The position numbers were made by a program, and so were the translations under genes. From the NCBI GenBank assembly GCA_050250895.1, contig JBFWNU010000001.1, positions 1,320,008-1,384,007 of the forward strand: 64,000 bases of DNA, written 5' to 3'. Shown here piece by piece: positions 8,970 through 17,820 of the stretch (the first letter of the stretch is position 1; every line of letters starts with the position of its first letter). Source of the stretch: Vulcanimicrobiota bacterium. Its GTDB lineage: Bacteria > Vulcanimicrobiota > Xenobia > Xenobiales > JADMJV01. The notes under the pieces were generated by a model. It was not told the origin of the DNA. It searched no databases and saw only the letters and a list, made by a program, of their open reading frames with translations.

Positions 8970-11167
8970 CGCTCGATGGCCTCGCTCTCGGTGAAACGTG
9001 CTGTCACCGCCGAACCCACGAAGACCATGGCGAAGAGCAGGCAAGCGATGGCGGCGGCTTCTCCGATGCGCATGTCGGTGAACATCGAGCGCACCATCAG
9101 GGTGCCAACCACATGGGTGTCGGTGGTGGGTGACTGGTTCATCAACAGCCAGATGGCTTCGAAGGCCTTCATTCCTCCGATGAGCATGAAGATGAGCGAG
9201 GCGGCCAGCGTATCCCAGATCATGGGCAGGGTGATCTGGAAGAATTTGTGGCCTTCGGTGGCGCCGTCCAGTTCGGCCGCCTCATAGAGTTCGGCGGGCA
9301 CGCTCTGCATGGCCGCGAGATAGAGCACCATGTTGAAGCCGCAGGCTCCCCACACCCCCATGGGAATCAAAGCGTGGTAGAGGTGGTCGGTGGACAACCA
9401 GGCGGTGTCGCTGCCGAACAGGCGATTGATCGGTCCCTGGGGGTTGTAGAGCTGTTGCCAGAGCAGAATACCGGCCACTCCCAGCAGGTTGGGGAAGAAG
9501 AAGGCCACGCGAAAGAAGCTCGAGCCCCACAGGCCCTGGTTGAGGCAGTTGGCCAGAAAGAGCGCCAGGGGAACGACCACGGCGGGAATCACCAGCATGA
9601 GATAGAGATTGTTGCCCAGGGCAATCCAGAAGCCGTCCGATTCTAGCAGCAGCCGGCGAAAATGAAGCAAGCCCACGTATTCGGGTCGAGACAGGCTGTC
9701 CCAGCGGGTCAGGCAAAAGCCCAGCGAAGCCAGCGCCGGCAGGACGAAGAAGAGAGTGTAGAGAGCCAGCGACGGCCCCAGGAAGAGGCCCCTCGGACCG
9801 GGCTCGCCACTCGGGGCCGACACGTTTGGGCCCGAACCCAGCCCTAGCACCAGGCCGGCCGCCAACACACCCAGGAAGAGGAGCGCTCGGAAAGGGTAGC
9901 GGACCTCGACCTGGTCGGGATGTTGGGCTCGATTGCGCACCAGTTCGGCGGCCCGCTCGAGCGCCGCGGCCGCTTCGGCCGGCTCGGTCTTGCCGGAAAG
10001 CACCTTGTGGAGCACGTCGTTCCAGGCCTGGGCCATGCCCGGTGGCACTTCGCCGGCGGCTGCTCCGAAGGTCCGCTTGACCCCCCGCAGCTGCTCACCC
10101 ACCGCCGCCATGCTCGTGTTGAGGCGGGTATTGGCTCCGGTGACGGCCACCGGTAGGCCGCGTTCGGCCGCGAATCGGCCGGCCGTCTCGCGAGCCGTGA
10201 GCAGCCGTAAGAAGTCGGCTCCGCCGGCCGGATTGGGACTATGCTTGAAGACGAAGAAATAGCCGCTGTCGATGAAGATGGCCTCGGGGTCGGCCCGCGG
10301 CGAGTCGGGCAGGGGTAAGTTGACCGCGCCCAGCTGGAACCCCTCCGGGATATTGTCTTGCATCTCGCTATAGAGCCAGCTGCCGCAAAAGAGCATGGCC
10401 GCTCGGCCTTTGAAGAACTCGAGCTGGGCCTCGGTGTGACTCATGCCCAGAGCGCCAGGCTGAAAGTCCTCGCGGGCGACCCGGGCGATCAGGCCAAGAG
10501 CCTGCTCCATTTCGGGGTTGGCAAAGCTCCCCGGCTCGAGCCGTTGCTGGGCGTAGTAGGCCTCGCGCCCGGCCAGATGATAGTAGCTATTCTCGACGGC
10601 TACCCGGGCGTAATAGGGGTAGCGACCTTGAAAGGCCAGGGGGGCAAATCCGGCCGCTTTGACCTGCTCGCTTAGCGCGAAGAACTCGTCCCAGGTGCGC
10701 GGCGGCTGCCAACCGTGCTCGGCGAACATTGCCTTGTTGTAATAGACCGACCAGACCACGTAGACCAGCGGAATGCCATAGGTTTTACCGTGGCGAGAAT
10801 AGCGGTCGAGGCTGCCTGGTAAAAAGCTCTCGCGCCAGCTTCCGAGCCCGTCCCAGGCAGGGGCATCGAGAAACTCGTCGAGCGGCATGAGCTGGTCGTG
10901 GTCAAGCAAAGACCAGTAGTTCAGACTGGCATTGGTGACCTCGGGAAAATCGCCTTCGAGCAGCCGCACGCGCAGCTTGTCGTCGATGCGGGGGTCACCG
11001 TAGAGATCGATCGCTTGACCGGTTCGCTGTTGATAGCGCAGGGCTACGTCTTGATAGAAGTCGAGGCCTTCGCCCCCTTCAAAGAGCGGTACCTCGATGG
11101 GCCGGGCCAGGGCTTGCCCCAGCAGGCAGCACCAGCACAGCAGGGCAAAGAGCCACCTTAGAGCCAT
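8966..11167 (-). CDS. Fused extracellular solute-binding protein and carbohydrate ABC permease (MalF-type)
   Basis: Signal peptide MALRWLFALL..ALA; SBP motifs (YYNKAMF...G.QPPRTWDEF, F.KGRAAM..GSW); permease region with ELYEAAELDGAT. No stop between the two parts. Confidence 0.9.
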   Translation of the reverse strand: MALRWLFALLCWCCLLGQALARPIEVPLFEGGEGLDFYQDVALRYQQRTGQAIDLYGDPRIDDKLRVRLLEGDFPEVTNASLNYWSLLDHDQLMPLDEFLDAPAWDGLGSWRESFLPGSLDRYSRHGKTYGIPLVYVVWSVYYNKAMFAEHGWQPPRTWDEFFALSEQVKAAGFAPLAFQGRYPYYARVAVENSYYHLAGREAYYAQQRLEPGSFANPEMEQALGLIARVAREDFQPGALGMSHTEAQLEFFKGRAAMLFCGSWLYSEMQDNIPEGFQLGAVNLPLPDSPRADPEAIFIDSGYFFVFKHSPNPAGGADFLRLLTARETAGRFAAERGLPVAVTGANTRLNTSMAAVGEQLRGVKRTFGAAAGEVPPGMAQAWNDVLHKVLSGKTEPAEAAAALERAAELVRNRAQHPDQVEVRYPFRALLFLGVLAAGLVLGLGSGPNVSAPSGEPGPRGLFLGPSLALYTLFFVLPALASLGFCLTRWDSLSRPEYVGLLHFRRLLLESDGFWIALGNNLYLMLVIPAVVVPLALFLANCLNQGLWGSSFFRVAFFFPNLLGVAGILLWQQLYNPQGPINRLFGSDTAWLSTDHLYHALIPMGVWGACGFNMVLYLAAMQSVPAELYEAAELDGATEGHKFFQITLPMIWDTLAASLIFMLIGGMKAFEAIWLLMNQSPTTDTHVVGTLMVRSMFTDMRIGEAAAIACLLFAMVFVGSAVTARFTESEAIER

Positions 11168-11337
11168 CCCATCCAGAAGGCCAGACCCAGGCCGCCGGTA
11201 ATGACAGCCCCCATCAGCATGGCTGCCCCTACGATCAAGCGGTTCTGGGGCGGGACCTTCGAGGCCACCAGCGGAGCCAAGACCACATCCATGGCTGCCA
11301 CCGCGAATAGAATCATCGGTAGAAGGTTGTTTTCCAT
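11158..11337 (-). CDS. Small 59-aa two-TM membrane protein (below the ORF-track cutoff)
   Basis: MENNLLPMILFAVAAMDVVLAPLVASKVPPQNRLIVGAAMLMGAVITGGLGLAFWMGWL*; purine-rich SD (GAAGGAAAG); its 3' end overlaps the start of the SBP-permease gene. Confidence 0.7.
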   Translation of the reverse strand: MENNLLPMILFAVAAMDVVLAPLVASKVPPQNRLIVGAAMLMGAVITGGLGLAFWMGWL

Positions 11338-11432
11338 CTTTCCTTCTTCCGCGCCGCTCAGGGCCTGCCTGCCGCACTCGGGGTTTCTGCAGGTTTCAGC
11401 ATATCTTAAGTCGGGGTGACTAGTTTCAGTCT

Positions 11433-12158
11433 ATGCTAGTTTCTACCGTCTCCTCCAGGCTTGAGAGAATGCTGCGTGAAGATCAGGCCGACCGGCAGCT
11501 TTTTGCCACCACCCCTGCCTCGACGTGGGGCGATGCCGAACACGTAGCGGCCCGGACTCGCATGGGCGAAAACGACACTCGTCGGCGGGCCGAGGTTCAA
11601 GAGATGCTGGACGCCGGCCTGGTTCACGACCCCGACGACTGCTTTAGCGCAGCTATGATTTTTCAGCACGGAACGGTGGCTGACGACTACCTCAAGGCCC
11701 ACCGACTCTCCTATCAGGCCGCTCTGGGTGGGCACGGCCCGGCCCGGGGGCTTACGGCTGCGACCCTGGACCGCTTTCTGCTGACGGTCGAGCGGCCGCA
11801 AATCGTCGGGACCCAGTATTACACCAACGGGCCCTGCCACATGGACCCCTTCGACACCTCGTTGCCCGACCAGGCTCGCCTGGCCCTCGGCGCCCGCACG
11901 CTCGAGCAATCGCGCGTTTTAATGCAGGCCGTCGACCAGGGCCTGCCCTGGGACGAAGCCGTGGCCGCGGCCGCCCAGGTGCCGGTCACTCGTAGCCACG
12001 AGCCACTGCTCGAGCAGGCGCGCGCCCTGCTGGCCGGGCAGGACCTGATTCAGGGCTACGCCCTGGCCGTAGCGGCCGCCCTCGAGCATGAACCCGGGGC
12101 CGAACGGGTGGTCGAAGGCGCCTTCGGACAACTGCGCTCGATTTTGCCCCAGGTCTAA
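11433..12158 (+). CDS. Hypothetical protein, DUF6624-like
   Basis: EDQADR, AAMIFQHG, A...DR.L.....PQ..GTQY pattern. Confidence 0.6.
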   Translation: MLVSTVSSRLERMLREDQADRQLFATTPASTWGDAEHVAARTRMGENDTRRRAEVQEMLDAGLVHDPDDCFSAAMIFQHGTVADDYLKAHRLSYQAALGGHGPARGLTAATLDRFLLTVERPQIVGTQYYTNGPCHMDPFDTSLPDQARLALGARTLEQSRVLMQAVDQGLPWDEAVAAAAQVPVTRSHEPLLEQARALLAGQDLIQGYALAVAAALEHEPGAERVVEGAFGQLRSILPQV

Positions 12159-12224
12159 TCCCCTGGGAAGAGAACCCTTCGACCTGCGACAATCGACCAA
12201 TACTCTTTCGAAGGGGGAACCGTT

Positions 12225-13367
12225 TTGAAACGCATTCTACTATTTCTCTTTGGGCTGGTGGTGGCTGGCTCGTCGGCGGCGGGGGCGGCTTGCTGCTATT
12301 TCGCCGCTCTCGATAAGGACGTCAACCAGCCGGGCCAGCGCGCCTTTATTACCTGGGACGAGGAAAAGGCGATGGAGTCTTTTACCGTCCAGCCAATCTT
12401 CGAGGGCAACGCTACCGACTTCGGCATGGTCATTCCTACTCCGGCCCGGCCAAAGCTCCAGGAGATGCCCCGCGACTTCTTCAAAGCCCTGGCCGTCTTC
12501 ACCATTCTCGAGCCGATGGACATGGACAAGTTCAAGCAGCGAATGAGGGTCTACAAATCCTCGGCCGACGGCGCCGCCCGTCCCACTGCGGCTCGACGTG
12601 TAGAGGTTCGCGTGCTCGAGGCCGGTGTGGTCGGAAGCCTCGACTATAAGATACTCGAGGCCGACCGGGCTCAAGCCCTTTACGATTGGCTCAAGCAGAA
12701 CAAATACGTTTACTCGGGCGATGCCGGCACCCTCGACTACTACATCAAGAAAAAGTGGACCTTTACGGTCATGAAGATCGACCCTCGCCAGATGAAGAAG
12801 AACGCCGACGGCACCTACAAAGGCGAGATCACCCCGACCCGCTTCACCTTCTCGAGCAAGCAACCCATCTATCCCCTGCGCATCACCAAGATCAGCGTCA
12901 AGGACCGAACCGACGCTCTGCTCTATGTGATGGCCAAGCGCAAGATGGACATGCCCAAACGCTGGTCCTATCAGCCCTCTTTCTTGAGCATGTGGAGTCA
13001 GGCCATGAGCTTTGCCGTGCCCGCAAAGCTGACCGCTCAAGAGAAACAGTATCTCGATCTGGTCAGGAACGTCGATCTCGAACCGTCGTCGAGTTCGTCC
13101 AATCTCGAGTGGGCCGGCAAGCTCACCAGGGCTCGGCTGGCCTGTTTGACCGACCCCAAGAAATACAATCGACAAGCTCCCGAGGCAGAGGTGAAAAACC
13201 TCAAGTTGTTGTCGGGGCATCTCAAGCAAGATTGGTTCTTGACCAAGTTCCGGCACAGCTTCACCCCGGCCGAGATGACCGAAGACCTGGTGTTGGTGAA
13301 CGCTACCATTGGCAAGAGTAAGGACGATCTCGAATATGTCTCGATTCTGCCTACCAGTCCCCCTTAG
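12225..13367 (+). CDS. Secreted DUF2330-family protein
   Basis: Signal peptide then ACCYF; F.G.A.DFGMVIPTP, GVVGSLDY.IL, L..WL..N.Y, PIYPLRIT. Confidence 0.75.
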   Translation: MKRILLFLFGLVVAGSSAAGAACCYFAALDKDVNQPGQRAFITWDEEKAMESFTVQPIFEGNATDFGMVIPTPARPKLQEMPRDFFKALAVFTILEPMDMDKFKQRMRVYKSSADGAARPTAARRVEVRVLEAGVVGSLDYKILEADRAQALYDWLKQNKYVYSGDAGTLDYYIKKKWTFTVMKIDPRQMKKNADGTYKGEITPTRFTFSSKQPIYPLRITKISVKDRTDALLYVMAKRKMDMPKRWSYQPSFLSMWSQAMSFAVPAKLTAQEKQYLDLVRNVDLEPSSSSSNLEWAGKLTRARLACLTDPKKYNRQAPEAEVKNLKLLSGHLKQDWFLTKFRHSFTPAEMTEDLVLVNATIGKSKDDLEYVSILPTSPP

Positions 13368-15126
13368 TCTACTGCTGGTGATCTGGCTGGCCCTGCCCGG
13401 GCTCGCTCAGGAGGTGCCCTATTCCTTCGAGCGGCCCGGCGGGCTGACCAGCGACCCTCTCGAGCAGCCCCGCGACGTGACCGGTCGCTCGGTCAAGTTG
13501 CCCCGGGTGCGGGCCTTGCACGATGCCGATGGCACGGTCGCGGGGAGCGCCGGTTGGATGGTAAAACACGACCCCTGGGTGGCCTATGCCTGGGGTCGCG
13601 AACTGGCTTTGCGCGAGTTTTCGGCCCAGGAAGGGGCCTTCGGTGAGAGTGGGCGCCTGGCCGGCACCACCCTCGAGGATCAGTCCACTCCGATGATGAG
13701 CCGCGGTCATGTCAACTCATGCGCGGCCTGCCACAACGTACCCTGGCGCGATATGGGGGCGGGCATCACCATCGCCAAGAACTCGTCGGCCGGGCGCAAC
13801 ACACCCCATCTTTTCGGAGCCGGAGTGGTCGAGATGGTCGGCCAGGAGGTCCGTCGCCAGCTGTTGGCTCAGGCCGACCGTGACGGCAACGGCTGGATTT
13901 CGCTAAAAGAGGCCCGCCAGGCGGGGCCGGCCCAGGTGCAACCCGTGGAGGGGCAGACTCTAGACTTCGGCAGCTTCGCCGACCTGGACGGCGACGACCG
14001 GCCCGATCTCGATCCGGTGGTCTATGTCTGGTATGTCGATGCTCAAGGCCAGAGAATCTCTTGGGCCCGCAGCTCGAGCGACGACCCGGGGGTGGCCGGC
14101 TACAATTTCTCGGTGCAGGTGTTCGGCCATGGTCAAAACGATCGCATCGGGCACGGGGGCCTGGGGGATACCTTACGTTCGGTGGCCGCTAAAGCTCTCG
14201 ACATGCATGCGGGCCTCCAGGCCTTTGACCCGACCTGCAACAACGAGACCCGAGCCGGGTTGACCGGGGTGTCGTTGGCCGGCGCCCAGCAGTTCTTCAC
14301 CGGATTCAGCCGCGACCTGGGCCAGGTTCAAGAATGTGGTGTCAGTCGTGACGACCCCGACCGGGATGGCATCTTCAACGAGATTTCCGAGGGTGACCTC
14401 GATCTGTTGGAATGGTTTCTGCTCAACCATCCGACCCCGTCCGAGCGACCCTCCAAGGCCTTTGTCCGGGGTCGACAGGTAGCCAACGAGGTGGGTTGTT
14501 TCGCCTGCCACACGCCGGATTGGCATCTGCCCAACGATCGCCGCTTCTTCGAGTTGACCGACCACCTCCAGCTTCGCAGTCCCGGACCCAACACGGTCCG
14601 GGGGGTGTATAGCGATTTTCGCCAGCATGACCTTGGTCCGGCCTTTCATGAATTGCAGTTTGACGGAACCGTGCGCACCCATTTTCGTACCCCTCCCCTG
14701 TGGGGGGTGGCCACCTCGATGCCGTATGGGCACGACGGGGCCAGCCTGAGCCTGGAGGAGGTCATCCTGCGCCACCAGGGTGAGGCCGAAGAAGTGACCA
14801 GCCGCTTTCGCCGGTTGCCCGAGGACGAGCGCGACGACCTGCTGGCCTTTCTGGGCGGCCTGGTGCTGCGCTCCACCGACCGGGCGGCCGATGTCGATGG
14901 CGATGGGCGCATCAGTCAGCATTTCATGGTGGCCGGCATGGACACTGGCGTTGAACGCTTCAATCCTGAGTGGTTCTTTCTGCACCCCGGTCGAATCGAG
15001 GGAAGGCAGGTCAACGCCCAGGGGGTCGAACTGGTCTCCCAGGCCCTGACCAACCTGCGTGAGGCTTATGGCCTCGATCTGCCGGGGCTGCTCGATACTG
15101 ACCGTGACGGGTTTGCCGACAGGTGA
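13336..15126 (+). CDS. Secreted di-heme c oxidoreductase family protein
   Basis: Two CxxCH motifs (CAACH, CFACH); RNTPHLFG, YSD...HDLG, RTPPLWGV, YGHDG; several DxDxDG loops. Confidence 0.8.
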   Translation: MSRFCLPVPLSLLLVIWLALPGLAQEVPYSFERPGGLTSDPLEQPRDVTGRSVKLPRVRALHDADGTVAGSAGWMVKHDPWVAYAWGRELALREFSAQEGAFGESGRLAGTTLEDQSTPMMSRGHVNSCAACHNVPWRDMGAGITIAKNSSAGRNTPHLFGAGVVEMVGQEVRRQLLAQADRDGNGWISLKEARQAGPAQVQPVEGQTLDFGSFADLDGDDRPDLDPVVYVWYVDAQGQRISWARSSSDDPGVAGYNFSVQVFGHGQNDRIGHGGLGDTLRSVAAKALDMHAGLQAFDPTCNNETRAGLTGVSLAGAQQFFTGFSRDLGQVQECGVSRDDPDRDGIFNEISEGDLDLLEWFLLNHPTPSERPSKAFVRGRQVANEVGCFACHTPDWHLPNDRRFFELTDHLQLRSPGPNTVRGVYSDFRQHDLGPAFHELQFDGTVRTHFRTPPLWGVATSMPYGHDGASLSLEEVILRHQGEAEEVTSRFRRLPEDERDDLLAFLGGLVLRSTDRAADVDGDGRISQHFMVAGMDTGVERFNPEWFFLHPGRIEGRQVNAQGVELVSQALTNLREAYGLDLPGLLDTDRDGFADR

Positions 15127-15183
15127 CTCAACGGTAACAACCAGGTCCTCGACCTGTTACACGCTGATGGTCTTCATGGGGGT

Positions 15184-15972
15184 ATGAGTATTTCAGCCCG
15201 CACCAACATCGTCGTCGAGAAATTTCGCCAGCAGCACACCCTCGGAGACAAGGCCGCCAAGGCCCAACTGCCAGCCGAAAACCAGGTCGAAAAGGACCTC
15301 AACCAGGCCATCGACGGGTTCTTTCCGAGCCTCGACGAGACGCCGGCCGACGGCGCCTCGGGTGAAAAGGGTCGGGTTCGTTTTCATACCCCCAAGGGCG
15401 AGCGGCTCGAGGTGGTCTATGAAGGCACCAGCCAGAACGGCACCTACACCCAGGAGTGGGTCGGCGGTGGCTTTATCCACACCGAATTCAGGCAAAACAC
15501 GGTCGACAGCCTGGTGGTGGCCCCCAATTGGGCCCGCCTGGTCCATATCGACCGAAGCAATCCTCAGGCCAGCTATAGCGAGTTCCTGAACGAAGCCTGG
15601 AACGTCTATGGCGATCTTCCCAAAGACGACTACACCACCACCCCCAGCGGGCTGCGCTATAAGGTGCTGGAAGAGGGCGAAGGCAACCCGGTGCATGCCG
15701 GTCAAGCCGTGCGCGTTCACTATACTGGTTGGTTGGCCAAAGAGGGCACCAAGTTCGATAGCAGCCACGACCGCCAGCAACCCTTCGAGTTCGCCCTTGG
15801 AGCCGGCCAGGTCATCAAAGGCTGGGACGAGGGAGTGGAAGGCATGAAAGTGGGTGAGCGCCGCCTGCTCAACATTCCGGCCAACCTCGGCTACGGCGAG
15901 CGGGGCGCCCCGCCGGCCATCGGCCCCAACGCTGACCTTCTCTTTGAAGTTCAGCTGTTGGCTGCAGGTTAG
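15184..15972 (+). CDS. FKBP-type peptidyl-prolyl isomerase with an unknown N-terminal domain
   Basis: C-terminal [38 protein letters not shown]. Confidence 0.9.
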   Translation: MSISARTNIVVEKFRQQHTLGDKAAKAQLPAENQVEKDLNQAIDGFFPSLDETPADGASGEKGRVRFHTPKGERLEVVYEGTSQNGTYTQEWVGGGFIHTEFRQNTVDSLVVAPNWARLVHIDRSNPQASYSEFLNEAWNVYGDLPKDDYTTTPSGLRYKVLEEGEGNPVHAGQAVRVHYTGWLAKEGTKFDSSHDRQQPFEFALGAGQVIKGWDEGVEGMKVGERRLLNIPANLGYGERGAPPAIGPNADLLFEVQLLAAG

Positions 15973-15974
15973 CC

Positions 15975-16856
15975 ATGCCCTCGCGCTACCTGGGCTGCTA
16001 CGGCTCGCTGGTTTTAACGCCACCGAAAAGGCCAAAGCCCGGGGCGCCCACCCTGAGCGGAGACATTCGCCAGCTATCGTTTCGCTCGAGGATCCTCGGC
16101 GACGAGTTGGACATCCTGGTCTATCTGCCGCCGGGCTATTCGCCCCAGGATAGCTGGCAGTATCCGATCCTGTACCTGCACGACGGCCAGAACGTCTTTG
16201 ACGAGACCACTGCCGTCTTCGGCGTGGAGTGGGGAGTGGACGAGGCGGCCGAGCGCCTGATTCACGGTCGCCAGATGCGCGGTATCATCATCGTGGCTGT
16301 GGCCAACACTCCCGATCGCATCGCACTCTACACCCCCTTTCCCGACTCCAGGCACGGAGGGGGTGAGGGGCAGCGTTACCTCGACTTCATGATTCACGAG
16401 CTCAAGCCCTGGATCGACAAGCAGTTCTCGACCACCGACCGGGCCGAGCACACGGCCGTGGCCGGATCGTCCCTGGGTGGGTTAAGTGCTCTCTACCTGG
16501 CCTGGTCGCGCCCGGACGTGTTCGGCATGGCCGCCGGTCTATCGCCTTCGCTGTGGTGGGGCGCACGCGGATTTATCACGGCCGTGGCCGGTGACGTGAA
16601 GGACAAGATGCCGGCTCGTATCTGGCTCGACATGGGCACCGAGGAGTCTTCGGCCGACCTCAATCGCAACGGCGTTCCCGATGTCATCGACGACGTTCGA
16701 GCCCTGCGGTCCATCTTGCTGGCTAAAGGCTACATCCTGGGAGAAACGCTGTTCTATCGCGAGGTGGAGGGTGGCACCCACGATGAGGGCGCCTGGGCCA
16801 GTCGCATCGACGAGGTGCTCAAGGCTCTCTTCCCGTTGCGCGATCCGGTAGTCTGA
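15975..16856 (+). CDS. Alpha/beta-hydrolase esterase family protein
   Basis: VYLPPGY, YPILYLHDGQN, nucleophile motif GSSLGG, HDE.AW. Confidence 0.9.
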   Translation: MPSRYLGCYGSLVLTPPKRPKPGAPTLSGDIRQLSFRSRILGDELDILVYLPPGYSPQDSWQYPILYLHDGQNVFDETTAVFGVEWGVDEAAERLIHGRQMRGIIIVAVANTPDRIALYTPFPDSRHGGGEGQRYLDFMIHELKPWIDKQFSTTDRAEHTAVAGSSLGGLSALYLAWSRPDVFGMAAGLSPSLWWGARGFITAVAGDVKDKMPARIWLDMGTEESSADLNRNGVPDVIDDVRALRSILLAKGYILGETLFYREVEGGTHDEGAWASRIDEVLKALFPLRDPVV

Positions 16857-17012
16857 GCGGCCGGACGCAGGTTTCGCCCTGGCTTGAGTGAACGCCATTC
16901 GAGGATTTCAGGGCGGACCGTGGCCATCACTGCTTGCATGGAATCACCTCTCGGATTGGTTCGAGGAGCGGGGCGAACGGGCCTTCGTGACGAAGACGAG
17001 GGCACCATCACT

Positions 17013-17810
17013 ATGAAGAAGTTCACTCACGTTCTCTACCATGCCAACTGCGCCGACGGGTTCGGCGCGGCCTATGCGGCCTGGACGGTGCTCGGCGACG
17101 CGGCCGTCTATCTGCCGGTTCGCCATGGCCAGCCGCCCCCCGAACTGCCCGACCACGCCCATCTGGCTATCGTCGACTTCTCTTATCCTCGTGAGCTTTT
17201 ACTCGAACTCAAGACTCGAGCGGCCTCGATGCTGGTACTCGACCACCACAAATCGGCTCAAGACGACCTCGCGGACCTCGATTTCGCCACCTTCGATCTG
17301 GGCAAATCGGGGGCCCGGATGGCCTGGGAATACTGGCACCCGGGCGAGGCCTTGCCGGTGCTGCTCGAGTACATCGAAGACCGCGATTTGTGGCGCTGGC
17401 AACTACCCGAGAGCCGCGAGGTCTCGACCGCCCTTCACTGCTATCCCATGGACTTTCAGGTCTGGCGCAGCCTGGATGTCGAAGAACTCAAAGACGAAGG
17501 CCGCGGCATCCTGCGCTATCAGGATCAGCAGGTGGCCCGGGCCGTCACTCGGGCCCGCATGAGTGAGGTGGGTGGCTACACCGTGCCCACCGTCAATTCG
17601 TGTCTTTTGGCCAGCGAGATCGGCGACGAGTTGTGCAAGCAGTTCCCCGAAGCTCCCTTTGCGGCCGTTTACTATGTCAATAAAGAGGGCCAGCAAGCCT
17701 GGTCGCTGCGCTCGATCGGCGAATTCGACGTTTCGGCCGTGGCCGCCACCTTCGGCGGTGGGGGACACCGTAACGCGGCCGGGTTTGCTTTAGGGCCGGT
17801 CAGGAAATAA
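17013..17810 (+). CDS. DHH/DHHA1 phosphoesterase
   Basis: YH.NC.DG, VDFS, LDHH, DRDLW, SLRS, GGGGHRNAAG. Confidence 0.88.
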   Translation: MKKFTHVLYHANCADGFGAAYAAWTVLGDAAVYLPVRHGQPPPELPDHAHLAIVDFSYPRELLLELKTRAASMLVLDHHKSAQDDLADLDFATFDLGKSGARMAWEYWHPGEALPVLLEYIEDRDLWRWQLPESREVSTALHCYPMDFQVWRSLDVEELKDEGRGILRYQDQQVARAVTRARMSEVGGYTVPTVNSCLLASEIGDELCKQFPEAPFAAVYYVNKEGQQAWSLRSIGEFDVSAVAATFGGGGHRNAAGFALGPVRK

Positions 17811-17820
17811 TCCTGGACCC

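Noticed and set aside
11168-11377. N-terminal 70 aa of the 803-aa ORF in the track
   Set aside because: The real start is more likely ATG 11167 (signal peptide). The region encodes the 59-aa membrane ORF in another frame.
15136-15160. Hairpin GTAAC..CAGGTC-CTC-GACCTGTTAC
   Set aside because: Single imperfect hairpin without a T tract or a second copy; function cannot be supported.
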